Positions 45,574 to 55,232 of a stretch of 64,000 bases of DNA are shown here, in pieces. Below the pieces are notes generated by a model. It had not been told where the DNA came from, ran no database searches, and saw nothing but the letters and a program-made list of their open reading frames with translations. The translations under genes were made by a program, and so were the position numbers. The stretch covers positions 15,753 through 79,752 of the forward strand of contig DASVDX010000022.1 of NCBI GenBank assembly GCA_036380875.1. The letters are read 5' to 3'. The stretch is from Acidimicrobiia bacterium (GTDB lineage: Bacteria; Actinomycetota; Acidimicrobiia; Spongiisociales; ZC4RG35). How positions within the stretch are numbered: the stretch's first letter is position 1; each line of letters starts with the position of its first letter.

Positions 45574-46316
45574 CCGTCGCCCAGACCGCCACCACCGCCC
45601 CCGAGCTGGTGCTCGACGATGTGACCGCCGGCTATTTCGACCACGATATCGTGCTCGACGGTGTGTCGATGCGGGTCACGCCCGGCAAGGTCACCGCCGT
45701 GCTGGGACCGAATGGGTCGGGGAAGTCGACCTCACTGCGGGTCCTGTCGGGCTTCCTAGTCCCCCGCCAGGGCGCGGTGCGGCTCGGCGACGAGGACATC
45801 ACACACCTCTCGCCAGGCGAACGCCTGGCTCGAGGCGTGGCGGTGTTGCCGCAGGGCCGCTCGGTCTTCCCCCAGCTCACCATCGACGAGAACCTGCGTC
45901 TCGGCGCCTGGCAGCTGCGCAAGGACAAGGCTCGCCTCGAGGATGCGGTCGAGGCGATGCTCGACCGCTACCCGATCCTGCGTCCGATCCGCAGCAAGCC
46001 GGCCGGAGCGTTGAGCGGCGGCCAGGCGCGGCTGCTCGAGTTCGCCCGGACGCTGATCCTCGACCCGAAGGTGCTCCTGATCGATGAGCCCTCCGTGGGG
46101 CTCGCCCCGGTTCTCGTCGACGAGGTCTACGAGGAACTCGGCCGCCTCAAGGAGGAAGGCCGCACCATCCTCCTCGTGGACCAGAACGTGCAGGCTGCGG
46201 TGGGCCTCGCCGACTACGTCTACACCCTCGCCTACGGGCGCAACCACCTGGAGGGCGCTCGTGACCAGTTCGCCGGCGAGCTCGACTCGCTGATCAAACA
46301 ATGGCTGAGCCTGTGA
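45570..46316 (+). CDS. ABC transporter ATP-binding protein (LivF-like)
   Basis: GPNGSGKST, LSGGQARLLE and LIDEPSVGLAP motifs. Confidence 0.85.
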   Translation: MTVAQTATTAPELVLDDVTAGYFDHDIVLDGVSMRVTPGKVTAVLGPNGSGKSTSLRVLSGFLVPRQGAVRLGDEDITHLSPGERLARGVAVLPQGRSVFPQLTIDENLRLGAWQLRKDKARLEDAVEAMLDRYPILRPIRSKPAGALSGGQARLLEFARTLILDPKVLLIDEPSVGLAPVLVDEVYEELGRLKEEGRTILLVDQNVQAAVGLADYVYTLAYGRNHLEGARDQFAGELDSLIKQWLSL

Positions 46317-46326
46317 GGGTGGCCCG

Positions 46327-47205
46327 ATGAGCTGGAGAGAGCTGGCCCAGGCGCTCATCAACGGATCGCTTCTCGGCGGTGTCTACGGCGGAGTGGCGAT
46401 GGGCCTCAGCCTGGTCCTCGGCGTCTTGCGGATCATCAACCTGGCTCACAGCGCGGTTCTGATCTTCGGGGCGCTCGTCTACTGGGAGCTGGTCAACGGG
46501 CTGGGCCTCGACCCCCTCCTGATGATCCTCCCGGTTGCCATCGGCGGCTATCTGTTCGGTCTCGTCGTCCATCGCGGCCTCACCCAATACCTGGCCCGGG
46601 AGAGCGACTCCACGGTGCTGCTCGGGTTCTTCGGCCTGATGGTGGTGATCGAGAGCATCGCCATCATGATCTGGACCACCGACACCCGCACGGTGAACAT
46701 CGGCTACCTCTCCGACGTCCTCCGCTTCGGTGGCATCGGGGTCCCGGTGGCCCGCATCGTCGCCGCCGTCATCACCGTGGTGGTGCTCGTCGCTCTCCAT
46801 CTGTTCCTCACCCGCACCCTCACCGGGGCGGCCGTCCGAGGGATGGCGGAGAACCCGGATGTGGCGACTCTCGTCGGCATCGAGGTGGGGACGCTGTCCC
46901 GGCGCATCTTCGCCGTCGGCATCGCCCTGGCGGCCTTCGGCGGGACGGTGCTGTCCCTCGTCCAGTCCTTCAATCCCCAAGAGCACGTTCGCTGGCTGGC
47001 CTGGGCGTTCCTCGTCGTGATCCTCGGTGGCCTCGGCTCGGCGATGCGCACCCTCGTCGCCGGCGTCTTCGTTGGCATCTTCGAGACCGTCGTCGGCCTC
47101 CTCGTCCCGTTCCAGTACACGTACCTGGCTCTCTACGCCCTGCTCGCCATCGCCCTCCTCGTCCGCAACGAAGGACTGGGCGCCGTCAGACTGAGGACGA
47201 TCTGA
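46327..47205 (+). CDS. ABC transporter permease (LivH-like)
   Basis: GVLRIINLAHSAV signature. 292 aa, hydrophobic. Confidence 0.8.
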   Translation: MSWRELAQALINGSLLGGVYGGVAMGLSLVLGVLRIINLAHSAVLIFGALVYWELVNGLGLDPLLMILPVAIGGYLFGLVVHRGLTQYLARESDSTVLLGFFGLMVVIESIAIMIWTTDTRTVNIGYLSDVLRFGGIGVPVARIVAAVITVVVLVALHLFLTRTLTGAAVRGMAENPDVATLVGIEVGTLSRRIFAVGIALAAFGGTVLSLVQSFNPQEHVRWLAWAFLVVILGGLGSAMRTLVAGVFVGIFETVVGLLVPFQYTYLALYALLAIALLVRNEGLGAVRLRTI

Positions 47206-48266
47206 TGTCGGCCGAGCCCGAACCGAAAGTGACCGAAGCGCCCGTCGAAGACATCGCCCTCGCCGGGGCGCGGGCCACCTATCGCGGGAAGAAGTTGCCC
47301 GCCTGGGTGATGCCGGTGATCGCCCTCGTGATTCTCGGGGCGCTCGGGGTGCTCGGTCTCGTCACTGACATGGGCATGCTCACCACCCTCACCAGCGTGC
47401 TCTTCTACATGGTGATCGCCCAGGGGTGGAACCTGCTCGGCGGCTACGGCGGGTACCTCAACTTCGGAGCCGCCATATTCGCCGGCAGCGGCGCTTACGC
47501 CGCCGCCTGGCTCTCCAACGAGTTCGGCTGGTCGATGTGGCAGACGTTCCTGCCCGCAGCGATCGCCGCGGTGCTCGTCTCTCTCGTCCTCGGGTACGCC
47601 ACGCTGCGCCTCCGCAGCCACTACTTCGCCATCTTCACGATCGTCTTCACTTTCCTGGCGATGGTCATCGTCAAGAACACGCCGGCGCTCGGCGGGTCGC
47701 TGGGCCTCTACGTTTTCCTCGATACAGATCTCGACGCCCGCGGACTGGCGCTGCTCTTCTACTACTCGTTGTTCGGGTTCGCGGTCCTCGCCACAGTGGT
47801 CGCCTACTTCGTCGACCACTCCAACTTCGGCTATGCCCTGCGGGCCATCAGCGAAGACGAACCGGCGGCGCAGGTGCTGGGCGTGAAGACGGTGTCGGTG
47901 AAGCTGCGGGCACTCGTCATCGGTGCCGCCTTCGGAGGTGTCGCCGGCAGTGTCTACGCCTTCCAGACCGGCTACATCGAACCGGCGGGCACATTCAGCC
48001 TCGACCTGGCACTCGACATCGTCCTCGTGTGTGTCATCGGCGGGCTCGCCACGTGGGTGGGGCCGATGATCGGTGCCGTGATCGTCGTGGTCCTCGAGCA
48101 GTGGCTGCGGGTGTTCGTTCCCCGGCTCGAATTCTTCGGGGTGGGGGTTCCGGCGGAGGCCAACCGCCTGGTCCTCGGGATCCTCCTCATCGTGTTCGCC
48201 CTCTTCATCCGTCGAGGGATCGTGGGGCTGTTCGTCGAGCGCCGCGGGCGGCGCATCACCGTCTGA
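47205..48266 (+). CDS. ABC transporter permease (LivM-like)
   Basis: AQGWNLLGGYGGYLNFG signature. 353 aa. Confidence 0.8.
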   Translation: MSAEPEPKVTEAPVEDIALAGARATYRGKKLPAWVMPVIALVILGALGVLGLVTDMGMLTTLTSVLFYMVIAQGWNLLGGYGGYLNFGAAIFAGSGAYAAAWLSNEFGWSMWQTFLPAAIAAVLVSLVLGYATLRLRSHYFAIFTIVFTFLAMVIVKNTPALGGSLGLYVFLDTDLDARGLALLFYYSLFGFAVLATVVAYFVDHSNFGYALRAISEDEPAAQVLGVKTVSVKLRALVIGAAFGGVAGSVYAFQTGYIEPAGTFSLDLALDIVLVCVIGGLATWVGPMIGAVIVVVLEQWLRVFVPRLEFFGVGVPAEANRLVLGILLIVFALFIRRGIVGLFVERRGRRITV

Positions 48267-48267
48267 G

Positions 48268-49296
48268 TCAGAGCCGGGGGTCGATCAGGACTTTCCCCGC
48301 CACCTGCCCGGCGGCCATCTCGTCCAACGTGTCCGGGATGGCCGACAGAGGACGCACCGAATCCACCAACTCTTCCGCCAGCTTCGTCTCACACAGGAGG
48401 TCGAGCGCCGCCGGCAAGTCCTCTTCGATGACCAGGGCGACGGTGGTGTCGATGGTTATCTCGTTGAACACGACATGGTGGACGTCGATCTCAGCCCGCC
48501 GGGCGGGCATACCCACCGCCAGCACCCGCCCTCCCGGACGGACCAACTCGGTGGCCCGGGTCAGCAGTTCGGGGACGCCCGCCGCCTCGATCGCCAAGTC
48601 GGCGCCCTCGAGGTCACGGAGGTCCTCCCGGCCATCGACAGTGGCGTCGGCGCCGAGCCGGGCGGCCCTCTCCAGCCGGGAACCGTCGACATCGACCACT
48701 GTGATGTATAGCCCGTCTGCCAGGTGGCGGAGACCCGAGAGCACGAACGTCCCGATGGACCCGGCGCCAAACAACACGACGCGGTCGCCTGGGCGGGCGC
48801 CGGCCCGGCGGGCGGCGTGGACGCCCACGGCCAACGGCTGGGCGATGCCGGCGGCGTCGATCGAAAGCCCTTCTGGCAGCGGGACGAACGAAGGTGCCGG
48901 TCCGGCCACGTACTCGGCATGGCTCCCTGGAGCGTTCAGGCCCAGGCTGTAGAGGCGCTGGCAGATGTTCGTGCGGCCCTCGCGGCAGCGGTCGCATTCC
49001 CAGCACGGCACCGAGGCCGCTCCGGCGACGAGCGTGCCTGGCTCTACCTCCGGGGATTTGCTCTCCACCACCCGGCCCACCATCTCGTGACCGGGGATCA
49101 TCGGGCCCATGTGACCCGAGTTCGGGTGGCGGGAATGGAGCGGGATCAGCTTCGGTCCCGCCACCCACTCGGTCACGTCGGTGCCGCACAGACCCGATCG
49201 CAGCACCTCGATCAGCACCTCACCCTCGCCCGGGCTCGGCACCGGCACCTCTTCCAGCCGGATGTCGCGGGGCCCGTGGTAGACCGCTGCCCGCAT
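48268..49296 (-). CDS. Zinc-binding alcohol dehydrogenase (MDR family, sorbitol/threonine dehydrogenase-like)
   Basis: GLCGTDV...GHEMVG zinc site, second zinc C..C..C motif (CWECDRCREGRTNIC), and GAGSIG Rossmann. Start at MRAAVYHG. Confidence 0.8.
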   Translation of the reverse strand: MRAAVYHGPRDIRLEEVPVPSPGEGEVLIEVLRSGLCGTDVTEWVAGPKLIPLHSRHPNSGHMGPMIPGHEMVGRVVESKSPEVEPGTLVAGAASVPCWECDRCREGRTNICQRLYSLGLNAPGSHAEYVAGPAPSFVPLPEGLSIDAAGIAQPLAVGVHAARRAGARPGDRVVLFGAGSIGTFVLSGLRHLADGLYITVVDVDGSRLERAARLGADATVDGREDLRDLEGADLAIEAAGVPELLTRATELVRPGGRVLAVGMPARRAEIDVHHVVFNEITIDTTVALVIEEDLPAALDLLCETKLAEELVDSVRPLSAIPDTLDEMAAGQVAGKVLIDPRL

Positions 49297-49307
49297 GACA
49301 GCAGGCG

Positions 49308-50213
49308 TCAACCCGACTGCTCCGACAGCCTGTCCGTGAGGTACTTCCAGTCGCGGGCGAACCTGTACGAGTGGCGCGGTGGGGGAGCGGGAGTGGCGGT
49401 CTCCAGCCAACGCACCCGCTCGGTGCCCGGATTGGCGAACTCGTGCACGCATCCCACTCCGGCGAATGCGAAGTCACCCGCTTCGAGCCGGTACTCGTGG
49501 CCGTCGAAGCGGGCGTCCACCCCGCCGTCGAGGATGAGGTACGACTCCTCCAGCGGATGATCGTGGGCTCCGGCGAAGCCGTTCGGCTCGTACTGCACCA
49601 TGAACATCGTGTGGAGCTGGGCCCCGAGGTCCGAGTCGACCATCATCTTCACGGTGATCCCGCTGTAGACGAGCAGCGCGGTGCGCATGCTGGCAGACAC
49701 CGCCAGCCGGTCCTGGGTCTGCTTGTCGACGTCCATGTTCTCGGGATCTATGTGCCCGTAGTTGCGGGTCCGGGGATCGCGGACGTCGACCGAAATCGGG
49801 TCGGGCGCCTCGAAGGCAGGCACGAAATAGGTGTCGCCGTTGTGGCTCGACCGTGGCTGGGGGGCGAGCATCTCCGCCCAACGCGCCGGAGCCGAACCGG
49901 TGTTGCGGAACCGATGCTCGACACCCACAGGCACGAATCCGTAGTCGCCCTCACGCAGGGTGACGGCGCCGCCCGGTGTCTCGCACACGACTTCTCCCTC
50001 CAGCACGAGGAAACTCTCCTCGAAGGAATGGACGTGGGCGTCGATGGTGCCGCCGGGCTCGAGGCGGCATACACCGAAGCCGGTGTGCACCGCCGCCGGG
50101 TGGCTGTCGTCGGCCACGGTCCAGCGAGTGAAGCCTTCGCTGTGGCCGCGGTAGATGTCGGGTTCGATGTAGGCGGCGTCGGCCGCCCGGGCGATGATGT
50201 GACGTGACTGCAT
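49308..50213 (-). CDS. Bicupin protein (two cupin domains; possible dioxygenase or aminohydrolase-like)
   Basis: Two copies of G.....H.H...E......G / P.G..H...N-type cupin motifs (HVHSFEESFLVLEGE...VEHRFRN and AHDHPLEESYLILDG...VHEFANPG). Confidence 0.7.
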   Translation of the reverse strand: MQSRHIIARAADAAYIEPDIYRGHSEGFTRWTVADDSHPAAVHTGFGVCRLEPGGTIDAHVHSFEESFLVLEGEVVCETPGGAVTLREGDYGFVPVGVEHRFRNTGSAPARWAEMLAPQPRSSHNGDTYFVPAFEAPDPISVDVRDPRTRNYGHIDPENMDVDKQTQDRLAVSASMRTALLVYSGITVKMMVDSDLGAQLHTMFMVQYEPNGFAGAHDHPLEESYLILDGGVDARFDGHEYRLEAGDFAFAGVGCVHEFANPGTERVRWLETATPAPPPRHSYRFARDWKYLTDRLSEQSG

Positions 50214-50219
50214 GTGCTC

Positions 50220-51590
50220 CTATCCGATCGGAAGCCACTCGGGCTTGCGGTTCTGGTTCTGGCTGACGAGGTAGTCGCGCGACTGAGAGACGAGGTCGAC
50301 CGCTCGGGCCACATCGGCCACCAGCTTGCCGTCTCGCTTGTGGATCTCGCCGTCGATGATGACCGTGTCCACGTTGGAGACGTCGGCAGCCAACACGACA
50401 ACCGCCACCGGGTCGATCACCGGAGCGGTGTTGATGTCGTCCCCCCGGATCACGACGACATCGGCGGCTTTGCCCGGCGTCAGCGACCCGGTGCGATCCT
50501 CGAGGCCCACCGTGTAGGCGCCGTTGATCGTCGCCATCTCGAGGCACTCGCGGGCCGTGATCGTGTCCTCGGGTATGGGGCAGTCCTCCTTCCACGCCTC
50601 GGCGTTGACCAGCACCCGTTCTGCCCCGAACACGGCGCGCATCTGCGTGAACATGTCGCCCGGCACGGTCGTGACCACGTCGATCGAGAGGCTGGGGCGC
50701 AACTGGTTCAGGCGGCAGGGGGCGACGGGAGGCTGGCCATGGCCCATCTGCAGCTCGACCTGGGCGGCGATCGAGATGGTCCCACCGGTGTCCTTCACCA
50801 TCTGCCACTCCTCGTCGCTCAGGTAGCAGGAGTGGATGTAGGTGGTGTCTGCCCCGAGCAGCCCCATGTCCGACAGTTGCTCGACCATGCCGAAGCGGCC
50901 GGCGAGACGTCCCATGCCGACATGGACGGTGATCGGAATCCCCAGTTCCCGGGCGAGGTTCCACTCGGCCTGCACCACCTCGGGCTTGCAGAATCCCGGG
51001 CCCCGGGTCGCCAGGGCCATCGTCAGCTTCCCGTCGTCGGACGAGAAGTACGTCTCCTTCACCCGGCGGACGTCGTCGGCGGGGATAGCGATGGAGCTCT
51101 CGAACCAGTAGTCGGCGAGCGACGTGTTGGCGCTGCCGTAGGCGTACACCGCCCGGATCCCGCTGTCCTTCAGGCCCTGGATGGCAGCGTCGGGATGTTC
51201 GGGAGTGTTGTTGATGTGGGACCAGTCGAGCAGCGTGGTGATCCCGGCGTTGATGCATTCGAGGGCGCCGGCCAGGTTGGAGGCGTAGACGTCCTCGGGG
51301 CGATAGAGCGGCGCGAACGAGTCGAGGATCTCGACGAAGTAGTCGTCGAGGGTGGCATTGGGAGCCGATCCGCGGATGGCGGTCTCCCACGTGTGGCGGT
51401 GGCTGTCGATGAAGCCGGGGATGACGATGTCTCCCGTGACGTCTATCACCTCGGCGTCGGCCGCCTCCAGGTCCGGCCCCACCGCGGCGATCTTGGAGCC
51501 TTCGATCAGCACATCTCCACGGGGGAAGTCGCCCAATTGCGGGTCCATGGTGATGACGTGACCACCTTTGAGCAGCATGCGGTTGGCCAT
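50220..51590 (-). CDS. Amidohydrolase-superfamily deaminase/chlorohydrolase-like enzyme (TrzA/AtzA/SsnA/cytosine-deaminase class)
   Basis: Metal-binding motifs GFIDSHRHTWE, HVG and HSCYL. 456 aa. Confidence 0.8.
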   Translation of the reverse strand: MANRMLLKGGHVITMDPQLGDFPRGDVLIEGSKIAAVGPDLEAADAEVIDVTGDIVIPGFIDSHRHTWETAIRGSAPNATLDDYFVEILDSFAPLYRPEDVYASNLAGALECINAGITTLLDWSHINNTPEHPDAAIQGLKDSGIRAVYAYGSANTSLADYWFESSIAIPADDVRRVKETYFSSDDGKLTMALATRGPGFCKPEVVQAEWNLARELGIPITVHVGMGRLAGRFGMVEQLSDMGLLGADTTYIHSCYLSDEEWQMVKDTGGTISIAAQVELQMGHGQPPVAPCRLNQLRPSLSIDVVTTVPGDMFTQMRAVFGAERVLVNAEAWKEDCPIPEDTITARECLEMATINGAYTVGLEDRTGSLTPGKAADVVVIRGDDINTAPVIDPVAVVVLAADVSNVDTVIIDGEIHKRDGKLVADVARAVDLVSQSRDYLVSQNQNRKPEWLPIG

Positions 51591-51639
51591 CGCTCCTCCT
51601 TCCTCCGTCTACGCCCCCTGCGTCAGGCGATCGTATCTT

Positions 51640-51653
51640 TGCAAGCGCTTGCT
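51640..51653. promoter_or_regulatory. LacI-type operator-like perfect palindrome TGCAAGCGCTTGCT in the amidohydrolase / SBP divergent region
   Basis: GCAAGCGCTTGC is a perfect 12-bp palindrome. First of three sites in this 200-bp region. Confidence 0.5.
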
Positions 51654-51700
51654 GGCAAGAGGGGTAGGGCGAGGTGGTCCCGCGGAAAGAATGCTGCGGA

Positions 51701-51714
51701 TTCAAGCGATTGCT
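51701..51714. promoter_or_regulatory. LacI-type operator-like site TTCAAGCGATTGCT (second site in the same divergent region)
   Basis: AAnCGnTTGC core. Confidence 0.4.
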
Positions 51715-51744
51715 GGGTCGATTGCTGTAATGTGCCGACGGCCC

Positions 51745-51758
51745 CACAAACGGTTGCA
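51745..51758. promoter_or_regulatory. LacI-type operator-like site CACAAACGGTTGCA (third site, about 40 bp upstream of the SBP start)
   Basis: CACAAA half-site as at 35015 and 36231. Confidence 0.45.
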
Positions 51759-51794
51759 AGGCCGGATGGAGCCGAAGGAACGAGGAGGGAAGGG

Positions 51795-53147
51795 ATGAAG
51801 CGAGTGATCGCTCTTGTGGCCGTGCTGGCGATGGTCCTCGTCGCCTGTGGAGGTGGGGGAGGACAGGCCACGACCGCGGCTCCCGACACCACCGCCGGGC
51901 CTGCCACGACGCCGGCGGCTGAGGAGCCCGCCACGACGGCCGAAACGGAAGGCGACGGGGAGGCCGAAGCGCCTTCCGGCGATCCCATCGTCATCGGCAG
52001 CACGCTGGCGCTCACCGGGCCGCTGGCGCCGACGGCGGCCATACACAAGGTGGCCGGTGATCTGTTCGTGGAGCGGCTGAACGCCGGCGGTGGGTTGTTG
52101 GGACGGCCGGTCGAGTGGCGGGTGCTCGACGACGAGTCCGTGGCCGACCAGGCGGCGGCACTGTACGAGCGGCTCATCACCGAGGACCAGGTGGACCTCA
52201 TCATGGGTCCCTACGGCACCGGTGCGATCGCAGCCGCCATCCAGGTGGCGGAGCGATACGGATACGTGTACCCGCAGCACACCGGGAGCCTGACGTATGC
52301 CTTCGGCTACGAATGTCATTTCCCCTCGTGGCCGACGGGCCGGTACCCCAACCAGACCAACCCGTCGCTCGTGTACGACGCGCTGGAGTCGACGGGCAAC
52401 CCGCCTGAGACGATCGCCTTCGTGATCAACCAGTTCCCCGGCTCGATGTTCGTGGCCTACGGCAACCCAGACACGGGAGATCCCAACGACGCCACGGGGG
52501 CAAAGCAGATCGCCGAAGAGCGCGGTTACGAGGTGGTGCTCGACGTCCAGTATCCGCTCGACATCAGCGACTGGGGACCGATCGCCGCCCAGGTCCGTGA
52601 CGCCGATCCCGATTTCGTCTATCTGGGCGCTCTGGGGGTGGACGGCCCCAACCTGATCGCGGCGCTCGACGCGTTGAACTACCGGCCGGCCGGCATGTTC
52701 ATGCAGTGGCCCGCTCCCGGCCCGGTCCTCGGCGCCGGGGAGAGCGCCGAAGGTGTGCTGTCGGTGACGGCCTTCGAGTCGCATCCGCCCTTCACGGACG
52801 ACCCGGAGAATGCCGAGATCGCCGATGCGTTCAGGGAGGCGGCCACCGCAGCCGGGATCCCCTATCCGGAGATGGAGACCCAGGCCAGCGCCTCGTGGGC
52901 GGCTTGGCAGACCTTGGTGCAGGGCGTCGAGGGCGCTGGGTCGCTCGATCACGAGCAGATCTGCGACTACCTGCGGAACAACACTGTCAGGACGATCTTC
53001 GGTGAGTACCAATACGGCACCGAGGAGAACAACTACTACGGCGACTTGTCGTACGTGAAGCAGGTCCAGGACGGCGACTGGTGGGTCGTCTACCCCGAGG
53101 AGAAGGCGGCGCCGGACCGCACTCTGGAATACTCGCCGGACAACTAG
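51795..53147 (+). CDS. Liv-type/amide-type ABC transporter substrate-binding lipoprotein
   Basis: Lipobox LVACGGGGG, a T/A/P/E linker ending EAPSGDP, then a PBP type I fold. RBS GAGGAGGGAAGGG. Trimmed from the 977-aa track ORF. Confidence 0.8.
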   Translation: MKRVIALVAVLAMVLVACGGGGGQATTAAPDTTAGPATTPAAEEPATTAETEGDGEAEAPSGDPIVIGSTLALTGPLAPTAAIHKVAGDLFVERLNAGGGLLGRPVEWRVLDDESVADQAAALYERLITEDQVDLIMGPYGTGAIAAAIQVAERYGYVYPQHTGSLTYAFGYECHFPSWPTGRYPNQTNPSLVYDALESTGNPPETIAFVINQFPGSMFVAYGNPDTGDPNDATGAKQIAEERGYEVVLDVQYPLDISDWGPIAAQVRDADPDFVYLGALGVDGPNLIAALDALNYRPAGMFMQWPAPGPVLGAGESAEGVLSVTAFESHPPFTDDPENAEIADAFREAATAAGIPYPEMETQASASWAAWQTLVQGVEGAGSLDHEQICDYLRNNTVRTIFGEYQYGTEENNYYGDLSYVKQVQDGDWWVVYPEEKAAPDRTLEYSPDN

Positions 53148-53158
53148 CCGATGAAGTC

Positions 53159-53186
53159 GGAGGAGGCGCCGCTCGGCGCCTCCTCC
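53159..53186. terminator. Hairpin (12-bp perfect stem GGAGGAGGCGCC / GGCGCCTCCTCC, 4-nt loop) between the SBP and first permease of Liv-type operon 3
   Basis: Perfect inverted repeat immediately after the SBP stop codon. Confidence 0.5.
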
Positions 53187-53211
53187 CCGACCTGCAGGAG
53201 TAGTCCGCCCC

Positions 53212-54081
53212 GTGTCACTCTGGGCACAATCCATCGTGTCGGGGCTCCTCAGCGGGGGCCTCTACGCGATGATGTCCCTCGGCATGTCCCTTTCCTGGGG
53301 CGTGCTGAAGATCATCAACCTGGCGCACTTCTCCTTCATCCTCTTCTCCGGGTACATCACCTACCAGTTGGCCTTCTCTTATGGGTGGGACCCGTTCCTC
53401 GCCATCGTCGTGTGCGTCCCTGTGTTCGCCTTGGCCGGCATGGCCCTGCAGTGGGTCTTCGACAAGCTGCGTATCTCCGAGTTCGAGTCTCTGCTCCTGA
53501 CCTTCGGGCTGTTCATCATCTTCGAGAGCGTGACCTCCGCCATCTGGACCGCCGACTTCCGCCGTATGGACACCGTCCAGAACCCGTACCAGTCGCAGTC
53601 GGTGTGGCTGGGTGATCTCGCCCTGCCGGTGCCGCAACTCGCCGCGTTCCTCGTGGCCCTCGTGATCGCCCTCGGCACCCGTTACTTGATGGACCGGACG
53701 GATTTCGGCCGGGCGGTACGCGCCCTGTCCCAGGACCGCGACATCGCTCGAGCCTTCGGCATCGATCCACACCGGGTGGCGATGCAGCTCGCCGGGTTGG
53801 CAGCGGGTTTCGCAGCGATCGCCGGCGTCTTCGTGGCCATGAGCCGGGCGCTGTTCCCGGGCCTGGCCGTCGAGTGGTTCGGCATCGTCTTCTCGGTCGT
53901 GATCCTCGGCGGCCTGGGAAGCACCCTGGGGACTCTGATCGCCGCCGCCATCGTCGGGGTGGTGGGAGGCATTGCCACCGTGATCGGGGGACCGCCGCTG
54001 GCGCCCCTGGCGATCTTCCTCGTTCTCATCGCCACCTTGCTGTTCCGGCCCCAGGGGATCATGGGGAGGTCTGCGACGTGA
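53212..54081 (+). CDS. ABC transporter permease (LivH-like)
   Basis: GVLKIINLAHFSF signature. Confidence 0.8.
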   Translation: MSLWAQSIVSGLLSGGLYAMMSLGMSLSWGVLKIINLAHFSFILFSGYITYQLAFSYGWDPFLAIVVCVPVFALAGMALQWVFDKLRISEFESLLLTFGLFIIFESVTSAIWTADFRRMDTVQNPYQSQSVWLGDLALPVPQLAAFLVALVIALGTRYLMDRTDFGRAVRALSQDRDIARAFGIDPHRVAMQLAGLAAGFAAIAGVFVAMSRALFPGLAVEWFGIVFSVVILGGLGSTLGTLIAAAIVGVVGGIATVIGGPPLAPLAIFLVLIATLLFRPQGIMGRSAT

Positions 54082-55232
54082 AAAAGCCGCGGCCGTGGCT
54101 GGCGCCCGCCGCCACCCTCGTGATCGCGGTGGCGATGTGGTTCTACCCCGACCTCGTGGACGCTGCCGGCTGGCCGATCTTCTATCTGCTCTTCGCCTAC
54201 ACGGTCTTCTTCTGGACCGCCCAGGCTTCGTCGTGGAATCTGTTCACCGGGTTCTCCGGCTATTTCAGCTTCGGGCAGGGCGCTTTCTACGGCGTCGGCG
54301 TCTACACGGTCGGCGTGATGGTTGTGAAACGCGGATGGCCGCTCCTGCCCACCTTCCTCGTGGGGGGGATCCTGGCGGCGGCCCTCGGGTTGTCCATCGG
54401 CCTGGTGGTGTTCCGGCTCCGACGGCTTCGGGGCGAGATCTTCGCTCTCATGACACTCGCTGTGGCATTCGTGCTCGGTGCGGTCGCCCGCATCAGCTCC
54501 ACGATCGACGGGGGGCAAGGCATCCCGCTGTCGTCTGTTCCCACCCCCGAAGCGCTCGGCACCCACCCGCAGATGATCTTCCGGCTGGGCCTCATCACTG
54601 CCGTGCTGGCCGTGGTCGTCGCCCAGGTGGTCCAGCACTCGCGTCTCGGATGGGGCCTGTTCTCGATCCGTGACGACGAGGACGTCGCCGAGACTCTGGG
54701 GGTGCCCACCTTCAGGTTCAAGATGATCGCCCTCGGCCTGACCGGGTTCCTGGCGGGCCTGTCGGGCGCGGTCCATGCCCTCCAGGTGAGCTACGTCACC
54801 ATCGAAGAGGTATTCAACATCCGGGTGCCGCTGATGGTGATCCTCATGAGCATTCTCGGCGGTACCCGCCACTGGATGGGCCCCGTCCTCGGGGCTCTCG
54901 TCGTGCACACGATGAGCGATCGGCTCAACCGAGCCGGCCTCGAGGCGGTGAGCGACATCATCGTCGGCGCCCTCCTGATCCTGATGATCGTGGCCATGAA
55001 GGAAGGCCTGTACCTGAGGATGCGCCAGCGGCCGCTCATCACCGCCATCGGCGCCGCGGTCGGAGTGGCGGGGGGTTTCGTGCTGGGGCCGCTCGACTCG
55101 GCCGTCACCCATCTCGGCTACACGCTCTTGGGGGCGGTACTGGGGGCGATGATCCCGGTGGGTAGTCGCCGGCAGCGGCCCGAGCGGGGAGCGCCCGCCG
55201 CCCAGGCGATCGAGGAGGTGGTCGGTGGCTGA
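54078..55232 (+). CDS. ABC transporter permease (LivM-like)
   Basis: AQASSWNLFTGFSGYFSFGQ signature. GTGA overlap with the preceding permease. Confidence 0.75.
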   Translation: MKKPRPWLAPAATLVIAVAMWFYPDLVDAAGWPIFYLLFAYTVFFWTAQASSWNLFTGFSGYFSFGQGAFYGVGVYTVGVMVVKRGWPLLPTFLVGGILAAALGLSIGLVVFRLRRLRGEIFALMTLAVAFVLGAVARISSTIDGGQGIPLSSVPTPEALGTHPQMIFRLGLITAVLAVVVAQVVQHSRLGWGLFSIRDDEDVAETLGVPTFRFKMIALGLTGFLAGLSGAVHALQVSYVTIEEVFNIRVPLMVILMSILGGTRHWMGPVLGALVVHTMSDRLNRAGLEAVSDIIVGALLILMIVAMKEGLYLRMRQRPLITAIGAAVGVAGGFVLGPLDSAVTHLGYTLLGAVLGAMIPVGSRRQRPERGAPAAQAIEEVVGG

